64,000 nucleotides of DNA from Parasitella parasitica NRRL 2501 (Eukaryota; Fungi; Mucoromycota). Shown here one piece after another: positions 40,763 through 52,949 of this stretch. Each line of letters begins with the position of its first letter. The stretch's first letter is position 1. Made by a program: the position numbers and the translations under genes. The DNA is taken from positions 331,436 through 395,435 of the forward strand of contig MU619243.1 of the NCBI GenBank assembly GCA_025201805.1. The letters are read 5' to 3'. The notes under the pieces were generated by a model. It was given only the letters and a program-made list of their open reading frames with translations. It ran no database searches and was not told where the DNA came from.

Positions 40763-43121
40763 TTAAAGGTAGAATAAAGAAGGAGACTTGACAGTGAATT
40801 TGAGGTATGCATTCAACGCAACTGCAAACAAAAGAGCAAAGCAAATGACTGTAGGACCAACTAATTCATCATAAGGGCCAGCAGCACGATTGTGAATCAG
40901 CTCACGGCGACGGTAGTAGAGGCCCATACCATACATCAAAGTGGATACAGATACAAGGGTATAAACAATACCACTTAATTTTCCAACAGCATCGCCTGAA
41001 TTGAACAAAGCAAGCGAAAAGGTGGAAATAAGTGTACCAAACGACATCCACGAAAAGTAGGTACGTTCATTGGCAAAGAAAACCTTTGGCTCCACGCGAA
41101 GTGGTGTAACAATCTTTTTGGGGATCTTTACGCCAGGTGGTAGAATGACAGGAGCAGCGTTGAGTTGTCTCTGCTGTTGCTCCTGTTGTTTTTTGCTGAG
41201 ATGGCCAGACTTGCCCATGAATTTATCAAAGACGGAGCTGATGCTCTCAACAATCTTGGACGGTAAACCTTCTTCTTCTTCTTTGCCAGCATCAGCGGCA
41301 GTAGTGGAACTTTCAGTAACGGCGGAAGGGCCTTGATATGTTCCCATATAAGATTGAGATCCACTCGTGCCCAACAAAGAGGAGCGTTCATTGGATGGCT
41401 GTGAGGCACGTGTACGAGACTCCGAGAGGATGGAATCGACCTCACTGGGTGCTTTGCTCTTGCCCTTGAGATTTTTTTGGGTTACAGATGGTGTAGTGGA
41501 TGGCAAGGTTGGCAATTGTTGAATATCATTGTCCATTTGCGCCAACCAGTAAGGCAGAAGAGGGACTCGCGTGTCAAACATGACAGCAATACCATGGACA
41601 AACTTGGAGAAATCAAATGCTTCTTCCAAAATACCACTTTCTTCCAAATCGACAATCCATTCGGGCTCCTTCTCATTGGGTGCCAATTCAAGTTTGATTT
41701 CAAATGTAGCAAAGGGGTATCTGTTGATATCATTTTCGTTTTTGAGGCTGTCAAAGGGGAAATTTGTATCAGCATCGGGTCTTCTCCAGCTGTCAGCAGG
41801 ACGGCGAACCGTGTTATCGTCAGAAAATAGCTGGGAGTCTTCTCGGATAAAGCACAAATCAGTGTCCAATGCCATTCTGACACTTCTGTCGCCGGGGATT
41901 TGGAAAGCGGTTCTGCGGTAATAGGTACGCAGCACTAAATGGAGATTATTTTACTATTTAAATTCTCGGGGAATTTGGCGCAAAAGAAGCGAGCAGCCCA
42001 TACCTGGTTGTTGATTTTTTTCCAAAATGGTTTTTTGGACATCCTTGATCAGATTTTCATAGTTTTGGACATCTTCTTGCGACCTGCCACTGTTTTTCAG
42101 TTTGCGCACAGCCTTCTCGATAAATGTCTGGTCGCCCTTCAAGAAGCCAGCGACGTATTTATCCTTGATGGTGAAACGATCCTTCAACTCGCCACGGCTT
42201 TCCTCAGCCAAAGTTCTGCGCTCAAAGCCAATTGCATTGTTACCTTTAGCACTGCCGTACCAGCGAAGACGTATAACCTGCGAGCCTTCTGCCGCCTCAA
42301 CACGAGAGTTGTACGAATCCAATTCAGCGTCATCCAAATAGAGCGAGGAAATAGGAGGGTCGATGTTGTCTTGCTTTTTGCTGTTGTCACGGTACACCAG
42401 TACGGGCAGATGGCGAAGTACATACGTTTTAAGTTCCAAGACGTTTTCTGTTTGAACAAAAAAACGTTTCACAACCAAACGACGCTCATTGTTTGTTTGC
42501 TCGTCCAAAAAGTTCATAGCCTGCGAGGCAGGCTTGAAAGACATTGTCATACCGCCGTCCCTTACCTTGGCAAATAATTCAGACAGCTTGATCAAAAGGC
42601 CGTCGTTGTCCTCGTTCCAGAAGGGGCACTGATTCAACCTCACCATAAACATGGGGCGAAGGACATAGTCTGTATGGCGGTCGTGTTTCTTTACGATCTT
42701 GAGGAAGCCAGTGTAGTTGATGCGAGAGAAGCGGGAAAGGCGGTTGATATCATCCGCAATCCAATTGATATTTTCCTGGATAGAGCCCATGTCAGCGGTG
42801 TCTTGGTCAGGGATCTGGTTGTTGATTTTATCATCATACGTTTCAATGCTCTTTTTGATTTCCTCGATTTTCTGTTGATGGAAAGCAAACACCTACAAAG
42901 CCGTTCACTTTGAATACAAAAGCACACGTGTGCATCTGTGTACGGAAACCTACCTTTTCGAGGTTATTGTCCAGCAGCTCGACAAACTCTGTTTCATCCT
43001 TTTCAGTGAAAGGCCTGTCCTTTTCAGCCTTCCTCAGCTTTTTCTTCAAGCCATCATAGTCAATGTAGAAAGGGGTCCACTCAGGGTAGATTGCATCTTT
43101 TAACTGCGAGCCAAACTTCAT
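40763..43121 (-). CDS. SPX-VTC-DUF202 vacuolar transporter chaperone subunit of the polyphosphate polymerase complex (Vtc2/3/4 family)
   Basis: SPX motifs MKFG..YIDYDGLKK and NYTGFLKIVKKHD; VTC motifs ISSLYLD, IRLRWYG, RTAFQIPGD and FSKFVHG; transmembrane domain VEPKVFFANERT. Confidence 0.92.
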
Positions 43122-43444
43122 GCTTGTGTGTCGATATGTGGCAGAGATGAAAGAAAGAAAAAAGAGGGAAAAAAAAAAACCCAATTTTTATGTTGCAGAA
43201 GAAGGGATCGGGAGCTTAATAAAACGGCCCTCTGTGATGGAAGGAAGGATTTCCTTTTCACTCAATGATCTTCTGTACTGGGCTCGACGCAGCATTGGCA
43301 CAGATATGCATGTCTTTCTTGGTAGGCGTTGTTTGGCTCTTTGTTTATTCTCCCTTTCTTCATACATGTTTGCCAATAAACATCAAATCTCATCCCACAG
43401 ACAGAGCATTCAGATCACTCAGAATGTAACATTGCACTTGGCTG

Positions 43445-43702
43445 CACGTTGTTGGATCGTCCTACTTGATTCGATTACAAGAGGCCTGATTTCCAAAACC
43501 GCAACCAATACTACATGTCAATGCGCCTGAAAATGAAGCTATTTTCCTGGATTCGTCAGTTCAGTCTTTTTGGGAGGGAAGCCCATGCATTCTTAAAAAA
43601 GCACAACTTCAGAAAATGCTGTAACACAAACAAGATCCTTCACGTTTGACAGTTTGTCCATGCGCCTGTTATTTCCATCCTCTGAGCAGCCAATGACACG
43701 TT
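43445..43702. promoter_or_regulatory. Three CACGTT (Pho4/NUC-1-type bHLH) boxes upstream of the VTC gene
   Basis: CACGTT at 43445, 43641 and 43697. There is also a CACGTG at 42925 in intron 1. Confidence 0.5.
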
Positions 43703-44676
43703 TAACAGACTGGCCAAATTCACATTGGCAACGTCACTATTAAAGTACGTACATGCGTCCACATTCCTCAGGCAGGAAGCTCTGTCTTCTTTGTTGCACG
43801 GACTTGCCAAAAACTGCACTGCAGAGAGTTTTCATCGGTATATCCATCTCTAGGAGTATTTAGCGGTTGCTGATTTATCAGGTCTCTCCCCAGAAGGATT
43901 CTGATTGCAGACCGTCACTATAATATCTCGTTTGCAAGGCTTGAATACAGCCATTACAAAAGGATGTGCACGCATTGAAAATAATGCTGACTGGTCCAGC
44001 AGCTCAAAATTGCTCGCTTTATCACTGAACAGCCTAAAGCAGGTCTTTTAGAATTGTAGTGTTTTGCGAAAAAAAGGCAGCTGATAAAGAGTGTTTTAAT
44101 AATACAAAACCAAAGATGAAAAAAAGTGCCTCTTGGGTAGCACTAGAAAAAGTTCAAATAGACATTGATGTCCTTGACCACTTTTGAGCTCGACAGCACT
44201 ATGATAAAATAAACAAAAGTTACTTTTGCGACACCATTAGTTCTGTTGAGATTTCTCAAACCGCTTCTTGCCGTGTCTAAGGCTTGAGGGATGAGACTGG
44301 GCTGGACTAGTGTTTTATACATTTTGAATTCAGGATTCGTAAACTCTTCTCTCATGTGTCAAGTATGATACTGTTTACCTGCGATAAACTTGGTAGATGT
44401 GTAGTCTTGTAATATAAAGACATTGTTAGTAAAAACCACGTACTAGTACGAATCTAGAGTCGAGCAACCAACACATCATGTTACCCTGCCGTTCAAACTG
44501 TCTAAAAGCCTAGCGCCACTTTTAGCGCTCAAAATCACCACAGGAGGGGAGAGATATCGGCAAGTACGAAAAGAGTTTGATGCAGCCCCTGATTTACCAT
44601 ATATATGTTAATTCCTTTTTTTTTTTCTTTTAGAAGTTTTCATTTCTTTCTTCTTTACTTCTTGCCAACAATAAGA

Positions 44677-47600
44677 ATGACAGTAACATCTGCTTTTAAT
44701 ACTTCACCTAATAGCATCCGCTCGAATCCCTTTGGTAAAGCGCACATGTATGCACATGTATTTCTTGAAACTCATATTCATGCTTCATATTTTTTTTTGG
44801 TAAAGATAACCATCCTATGAAGAAAACTCGCTGCATACATGCCATTACAAACGAAGACGACAATTCGGTGCTGTCGCTAGCGTCGAGCGAAAAGTACTTG
44901 TTCTCTGGAAGCCAGGGATCAACCATTCATGTGTGGAGCCTCGATACGTTCCAGCTTGTCACTTTGCTACAAGGCCACCACGGCAGCGTGCTGGGGTTGA
45001 CCATCTCGGCAGATCAACAATGGCTTTTCAGCAGCTCTGGTCGGTAAATTACAGCGAGACGTATAGTGGGCCAAATTTAACAATATTGCACCGTTTTACA
45101 GGCGACGGCACTGTGCGAGTGTGGAACATTGACAAATTGAAATGCCATCGAATCATCCGTTCATGCCACGATGTGGGAGACGTTTTTTCGATTGTGTTTA
45201 CTCGGAGCCAATTGCTGTTCTTTGGTTGTCAAAATACTAGCATTCAGTGGTACGACTTTAACGAAAAACCGACTAGCGGAAGCTCTGTATTCGCCAACAA
45301 CAAAAATTGCCAAAAGACGCAATTCTTTAAATTGTTTCATGATTTGGGCTTACATCCGTCGAAACATTCGGTCCAAGAAGAGAAGGATGTCATTCAATGT
45401 GTCATCAGAGCAAACAATGTACACTCGAATGCTCACGATGGATACATTTACTGTATGACATATTCAAACGATATACCCAACCTAGCAGGGGAAGTGCTCA
45501 TAACAGGTAACGTACAAGTTTATGGGGGTACAGTATTGCATGCATACTGACCAGTCGTCCCGCCGTCTTTAGGTTCAGGTGATGGTCATGTTAAAGTCTG
45601 TATATTTAGCCAGCGTTGAAGATGCTCCTGTGCTAATTTTTTCTTTGGTGCGTACACAGATTTGGTCAATTCGAGTCGACAAAACGCTTCATCATCATCA
45701 GACACTGACAGGCGGGGACCCTGACAGAGGCATTTTAAGTCTAGCGTTATCTGACGAGGGCTATTTATTTTGCGGTGTGCAAGGCGGCCATGTCCAGGTA
45801 TTTTGTTACATGGTTACGGATTGTGCCATTCCCACTTGTTCTTGCTAATAACTGTTTATTTGTATATCCTTGCAGATTTGGGATCTTGAAACGGTAATCA
45901 AACAATGTTTTGCGTTGCAGTGATTTCTAATGTCGGATTCTCCTTTTATAGTATCAATTGATAAAAACTGTTGTAGCACACACGGTAACCCTCCTTTTTC
46001 TGATACTTGCTGTATTTAGCACTCACATACACATATGTAGGACGATGTACTATCTGTCATTGCCAATCACCGCGGATTCATCAGTGCATCTGCTGATGGC
46101 TCAATCAAGGTACATGTCTTCAAACTGTTCAAGCGATTGTGATGTCTAACATGCATATAAAGTTTTGGAACGAAGGCTTCAATCTCAGAGAAACCATCGA
46201 GAAATACAATGGCATTATCTTATCAATGGCGCAATCTAACGAGTACCTGTTTACTGGCAGCAATGACCATTCCATCAAGATTTGGAACATGGCATCCGCA
46301 GAGGTAGAAACAGAGCCCTCCTTGGATAGTCTGATAAACGCCGATAGTCCCAATGGTACGCATATACACATGCCAGCAAACAAGTGCAGACTTACTAATT
46401 CCTAAATGTCCTAAATGTAACAGACTTGCTACTCCACATAATGGAAAAATGGACATCGATTCGCACAATCAGCGGCCAGCCTCAATATTTAGAAGAGTGT
46501 CGACGAGGCGCTAAATATCTCAAGAATGTCATGCAACAACTCGGCGCTACTAGTCAATTGGTAATACGAAATTTAGGCTTAATGTCTGTGTAGAGCACTC
46601 ACATATTACGGTAGATCCCTACCATCCCTGGAAAGAATCCGTTAGTTTACGCGAAATTCTGTGCGAATCGGCCCAACGCTTGCCCTTTGACACCTAAACA
46701 AAGTAAAACCGCACCGCCAGCAAAAGTGCCAACTGTGTTATTTTACGGCCATTACGACGTGATGGCTGCTAAAAACGAAAAAAACGAATGGTTCCAAGAC
46801 CCATTCAAGTTGACTGGCCTTAACGGCTATCTGTATGGTCGAGGAACAAGTGATAATAAAGGGCCTATTGCGTCTACTCTGATTGCCGTTCATGAGCTGT
46901 TCAAAGATGGCTTGCTCAATGTCAATGTTATTTTCTTGGTGGAAGGCGAAGAAGAATGTGGCAGCAACGGCTTTTTAGAAGCAATCACAAATCATCAGAG
47001 CCTATTTGAGAATATCGATTTGATATTACTGAGTAACTCATACTGGCTAGGAGAAGATACCCCTTGTATTACCTATGGTTTGCGCGGCGTTGTTCGTGCT
47101 GATATTACAGTAACTACAAATAGACTGCATGTATTCAATAGGTCATATTCATCCATACATGCATCTCTTTAGGTATCGAATGGCTTATCCAACCTGCATT
47201 CTGGCGTAGAAGGTGGCGCTGTCAGTGAGCCTCTGATCGACCTAGTCCATGTTCTCGGTAAACTTGTAGACAGAGAGAAAAAGGTGCTTATTCCAGGTAT
47301 GCACTCTATATCAGAATCATTGACTGCAAAGCGGCTACGGTTCTCATATGTCTACGAATAGATTTTTACGAGGACGTCCTCCCTATTACCCCATCAGAAG
47401 AACTATTGTACGAGCCGATCATAGACTGGGTTCAATCGTAAGTACTATAACCAGCATTTTCGCAGCCATTCACAAATCTGACCAACCAGGACAGATCCAA
47501 AACATCCACTTTACCAAAAAGTAGATCTCAGCATTCGTGTGTAACCTCCCCGTCCCTCAATTCAGATGCATCCAGTGATGATGATGCATCATCCAGCAGC

Positions 47601-48246
47601 AGTTTCACTACTGCTGCAGATCAATCACGAGAGCAGATCAAAAATCAATTGATGTCGAAATGGCGTTTCCCAACTTTGACAGTTCATAAAGTGGAAGTTT
47701 CCGTCAACCATCCTACTGTCATCTCCAACTCTGTCACAGCTACCATCAGCATGCGCATTGTACCAAACCAGGAGATATTGGACATTTGCAACAATCTGAA
47801 ACTTTATGTTTATCGAGGGGTAGGGGGTAGGGGGAAAGCGAGGCAAAATTACCTGAATTTCATTATCAGATTTCAATTGATCAAAGACTCTTTTTTTTTT
47901 TTTTTTTTTTTTTTTCTAGACAGAACCTTTAAACTGATCATTTTTCATCCCAACGTAGGTCGATATCCAAAGTTATGCCGACTATTGGTTAGGTAATCCT
48001 GGTAGCAAATACTTCAAAGCAGCCGAGGCAGCAATTGAAAATGAATGGCAAATCAAACCATTGTATATTCGAGAAGGAGGTTCTATTCCAGCAGTAGGAT
48101 GGCTAGAGAAATTCTGTAAAGCACCTGCCATCCATATACCATTTGGTCAATCATCAGACCAGGCTCATTTACCCAACGAGCGAATTCGCTTGCACAATTT
48201 ACATGCTGGACGAAGAATTATAAAATCTTTATTACAAAACATCTAA
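44677..48246 (+). CDS. DUG2: Dug2-like WD40 plus M20 metallopeptidase protein; many short exons
   Basis: N-terminal WD40 repeats, then LFYGHYDV, YGRGTSDNKGP, VEGEEECGS, LHSGVEGG, WRFPTLTVH, IREGGSIP and SDQAHLPNER. Confidence 0.9.
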
Positions 48247-48304
48247 AATAAATATATAAAAAATTCATGTACAGAAATTAATGAAATTTTCTATAGCAAC
48301 AATG

Positions 48305-49300
48305 CTAGTTCACTACCACTTGCGAATGGTGACCAATCTTCCGTTTTGCGCAGATCCTCTTGTAAATGTAAAACCTGTTCATAAATGGCGCTTTTTGGAG
48401 GCCTATCCAGAATAAATGTGGCCTAATGCCGTAAAATAAACCTGCAAAACGCTGGTTTTTGTTATCCCTTTGACAACACCACCGTACTGTTTGGTTCGTG
48501 TTGCTGCTGTCGCTTCTTTCTTTTTGCTTCTCTCGCTGGTTTGCGTTTGTAAGAAGCGTTTTCATTACTTCTAATGGTGTTGTCATTGCTCTGGAAATAC
48601 CTCCTGCGAGCGAACCCATTATTAAATCTATCCCAAGCGTTAGCCGCTATCCTGGTCGAATGACAGTGCTCTTTGCAAGCCTTTCGAATGGCCTCAACCC
48701 GCACAAATGTAACACAATGTTCACCATGCCCTAGAAAGCAAATTGTAACAAGCAGAATAAGGGACATTACGTAAACTAGTTGCTCGGAAGGCACCAAACC
48801 CGTCGTACTTGGCAATCTAGGTAAAAATATAGACATACATGCACTGCTGCAATTAGCTTTGATGAACCCCTATGTGAGTCGCACACAAATTTGCGGTTCT
48901 AACAGCCTGTCATGTTCTCTTGGACGTTAGCCTGATGAATCCCGGGATGGCTATTCACAAGCATTCCAATTGAAAACGTTTATTGTTTTTGCTGCATTTC
49001 CCACCAATTCTGGGCGAAGCCTTGGTATCGCCAAAGTTTATGCTTGCATACATAGGCCAGTCTCCAATGGACCCAATGGCAATTATGGGATATCTCTTAA
49101 CTAGCGGTGCTGTGTGTTTGGCTTTATTGAAGCATCGATTTGATACTACTGTACGGCTCCTTTTCGAGGTTTCGAAGGAGCCAACAGTGAAGGAATCGGA
49201 TCCAAAAGATACAAAGTCGTTGTTAGTGAAGATAACAGGATATAAAGAGCTGCTGAGAAAAAGAATATAGGAGGCTGTACTAGTGAAACCTTTTAAACAA
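48305..49300 (-). pseudogene. Decayed mitochondrial carrier (SLC25) gene, possibly Pet8/SAM-carrier-like
   Basis: GSLAGGISRAMTTPLEVMKT carries the PX[DE]XX[KR] signature, and GLFYGIRPHLFWIG follows. Upstream fragments have frameshifts and stops. Confidence 0.65.
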
Positions 49301-49559
49301 ATCAACCAGTTTACGCATATACTATGAGTGATTATTTTATTTTTTTGGGCTATTCACATCAATATGTTTTTAGAGTAAAAAAAAAATACAACCTTTATTA
49401 TTATGTTAAACATTAAAATAAAACTACATAACTATGCACTTCTTGGTTCTTATGGTACTACATGTACCACAATACTAACACAATCAACCGCGAGAAGGTG
49501 AGTGCATATCTGATTGCAGCCCCCAGAACTCAAGACACCAGCTAGGAAAGGGTAATTAC

Positions 49560-49975
49560 TTCCCACATTTACCGGCATGGAGGACCAAACGCGCTATCTA
49601 ACTAAGGTTAGGAGTGGAACAAGTTGAATTGTTCTTTTTAGTAAACCCTAACTAGTACTAGTGCTGCCCGCCTACTTAAGTGCATTTACTAACATCAGCT
49701 CCAATCTGCGAGCCATATGCCTCCAGGGAAAAGCCTACCTTCATTTCCCTGTAGTTTTTTCCGGCTGGCAGACAGAACACGAGCGGTAGATCTTCCCCTA
49801 AACCCTATAATGTTCGAAAAATGTGAGCATAAGGTTACTCGGATGGTAGGGCAGAGCCTTTCACCCGATGTTTGTGTTGGACAAACACTACTCGCATTAT
49901 TTCAAGGGTTAGCTTTACAAGGGAGCCGACTCCAAGTAACCAGGTTGGATCTGTACACATGCATAGCCGGTCCTT
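49560..49975. ncRNA. Candidate structured non-coding RNA, identity unresolved
   Basis: Several stems found by eye in a GC-richer island with no credible ORF (see findings). Confidence 0.3.
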
Positions 49976-50015
49976 TAGTCACGTTCTTGTAGATGTTTTC
50001 AGGCGTGGTAAAGAA

Positions 50016-50052
50016 GAAAAAGAAAAAGAAAAAGAAAAAGAAAAAGAAAAAA
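50016..50052. repeat. (GAAAAA)n microsatellite, about 6 units
   Basis: Direct read of the sequence. Confidence 0.9.
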
Positions 50053-50772
50053 GAGGAAATGGAAACTCATGGAATAACCACCCGTTTTTTCATGAAAACA
50101 AGTCTCTTTCCGCAGCCATCTTTGAATGTGCTATAGGTGTGGGTAAGGCGAGTAAAGAGCATTCATACTGCTGTCAGTTTGACTAGCGTTTTGATCTGTG
50201 TTATGCGACAGCAGCATTGACATCCACTATGGTTCCACATCTTTAATGCATTTGGTAGAGGAAGGTTGTTTCCTTTAGCTCCTATTGAAATTTCAACTAA
50301 ACAAGCGTAAATACACTTCTACTTTCTAAAGGTGACCTATATATATATTATCTTCAAATATATTTATCTGCACAAAATCATCGACATATCAGCAATAATA
50401 TTCTACACCAATTGGGTAATAATACTCTCCAGGTTTAATCCATGTCCTTGATAATCTTCTCATCATTTGATGAGCACAAAAAGTAGAAGCTTGTTGGTGG
50501 CAGCAATTGAATTAATTTGGGCAGTTGAAAGTGCAGAGAACTTTCCTGAGATATTTCAAACAATACGGTATTACGAAATTCCCATATATGTCAGCTTATA
50601 AAATGGATGATAATAAATTGTGCATCGAACACCCTATTGTCACAATGTTTTGCAATAAGATGTATGCTTTATGCCTTTATATGCTTCACAAAACCCTACC
50701 TTTGTGCACAGAGGCTTTTTTTTTTTCCCTTGAAGAAGCCCTGGAAACAATATAAAGTATTTTACTGTGCGA

Positions 50773-51908
50773 AGATCACACTTTATCATTACTAATGAAT
50801 GTGTTTTTCACAATTTTAGCAGAATTTGTACTCTTTTTAGCCAATTTAAATGCTCAGAACTACACCAAACTGTTTCTCAGAGTTTGTACTTGCTATCTGA
50901 CGCATTTCCACCAAAAATATAGCTGATGAAAAATTCATTGATTTTCAAGTAATTTTCATGAGGGACCATAAGAAAAAATGGAGAGAAAATACAATATCTC
51001 AAATTTGACCTCAAAAATGCAAGTTTCTTCTATGATATATACTGAACGAAACCATTCCATTTAACAGCAATTTTGACAAACGACCACCATTTTGGGCATT
51101 TATTGTGCAAACTATCAAGTTTAAGCCAAAAATCGCGTTTTCCGTTATTTGCAGATTACTCAATAATTTAGTAAAAATAAATGGTTGAAATGCACACCAA
51201 AAGATGCAGAAATTAAAGTTCTAAAAATCTGCTTATAACAAAAATGTATGTTGTTTTAATGTTTTGTAGAGATATCAATCAAAAAGTGTCGAGTAAGTGC
51301 ATAACCGGGGTTTGTCATCCAAAAATACGAACCCCATAGTTGGACATTAAATTGGGAAGAAAGAATTTTTTCGGAACTTTGGACGTATTTAACGCTTTTC
51401 GATTAATACCTTTACAAAACACTAAAGCAACATACATTTTTGTTATAAGCAGATCTGTAGAACTTTAATTTCTGCATCTTTTGGTGTGCATTTCAACCAT
51501 TTATTTTTACTAAATTATTGAGTAATCTGCAAATAACGGAAAACGCGATTTTTGGCTTAAACTTGATAGTTTGCACAATAAATGCCCAAAATGGTGGTCG
51601 TTTGTCAAAATTGCTGTTAAATGGAATGGTTTCGTTCAGTATATATCATAGAAGAAACTTGCATTTTTGAGGTCAAATTTGAGATATTGTATTTTCTCTC
51701 CATTTTTTCTTATGGTCCCTCATGAAAATTACTTGAAAATCAATGAATTTTTCATCAGCTATATTTTTGGTGGAAATGCGTCAGATAGCAAGTACAAACT
51801 CTGAGAAACAGTTTGGTGTAGTTCTGAGCATTTAAATTGGCTAAAAAGAGTACAAATTCTGCTAAAATTGTGAAAAACACATTCATTAGTAATGATAAAG
51901 TGTGATCT
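50773..51908. mobile_element. Foldback / long-TIR non-autonomous element (MITE-like), 1,136 bp
   Basis: 50773-51223 is the exact reverse complement of 51458-51908. Imperfect pairing continues inward to ~51298/51383. No ORF. Confidence 0.85.
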
Positions 51909-52801
51909 ATATTTATTGATAAACTTTATACAGCTGCGCCTTCATAGCAATAGTATCTGATATGTAAAGCAGTTTTTAGTGTGCAAGATTCAATTATTTG
52001 GTGATGTCAAGTATTTGTTACTTTGCAAAAGAATATGGCATTGGAGTATTTGACGCAGTAATTCAATATTGTACATTTGAGAACTACATTTGCAAATGCG
52101 TTGCAGTACCCTGCTTGAATATACCACAAGATAGAGCATTTTAAACATCAACATTTGTAATTCACAGAAGACGTTAGATACAAAGTAGACATTGAAGGAA
52201 ACAGTATTGAGTAATGTGGACAGGCGCTGAACCTGACTGCAGTAAAATAATACATATGTGCCTATATAGGACCAGTTTGCCTTTACAATTTGTCTTTGAC
52301 TCCATCAATCTTGATGGATTCAGGTACAATCATTTAGGGTAATCATAGACGTTGTTATCAATGTCCTAGCTGAAATACAACACGCGTAGCCAGAGTTCCC
52401 TTGGTAGATTTTGCTGCTGTGGGCCTAATATTGATGTATGGTTCAACATTAAATATGTAGTTGCTCATCTTATAATCCATGTCTATGTGAGACCATTTTT
52501 TCGACGCTCTTTTCTTTAAATTGGGCTCAGGAAATTCAATGTTGAATCCGACAAAGAGGAGACCTCTATGTGAGCCATCACCCATGTCAGGTTCACCATT
52601 TAATTCCTTCTTGCCAAACCGGACCATACATTTGATGTTTTTGAGGATTGGAAAGGATCTCATAGCCATGAGATATCTCTTTGAACTTGTTACCAGTTTC
52701 AGGATTTTACCATAGAAATGTTAATGCATAGACAACAAAGCACACTTGCGGCTGAGACTTGTTAGGGTGATGCTTTGAAGCTAATTTCTGTAGCCGAGCA
52801 C

Positions 52802-52949
52802 TTTAATGTCCCTACCATCTTGTCTACTTTTCATGAGGATAGTCCCAATGATGGCATCTTTCTTGAGCTCTAGAGCTTGCTCCCCCAATCCTATTTACAT
52901 TACCAGAGCTGGACAAATCAATGCTTGAAATGATCAAAAATTTGTCAAG
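52802..52949 (+). pseudogene. YcaC-like isochorismatase-family hydrolase fragment
   Basis: FNVPTILSTFHEDSPNDGIFLEL*SLLP, a frameshift, then YITRAGQINA*NDQKFVK. This matches the YcaC pattern F.LPTIL.T..E.GPNG..PEL...YI.RPGQINAW...FVK. A GT donor follows. Confidence 0.7.

Noticed and set aside
49463-49956. Solo LTR (TGTAC...GTACA)
   Set aside because: There is no flanking target-site duplication (ctaca versus catgc).
49440-50000. RNase P, RNase MRP, SRP, U3 or hammerhead ribozyme
   Set aside because: I did not spot their conserved core motifs by eye; the minus strand was checked only briefly.
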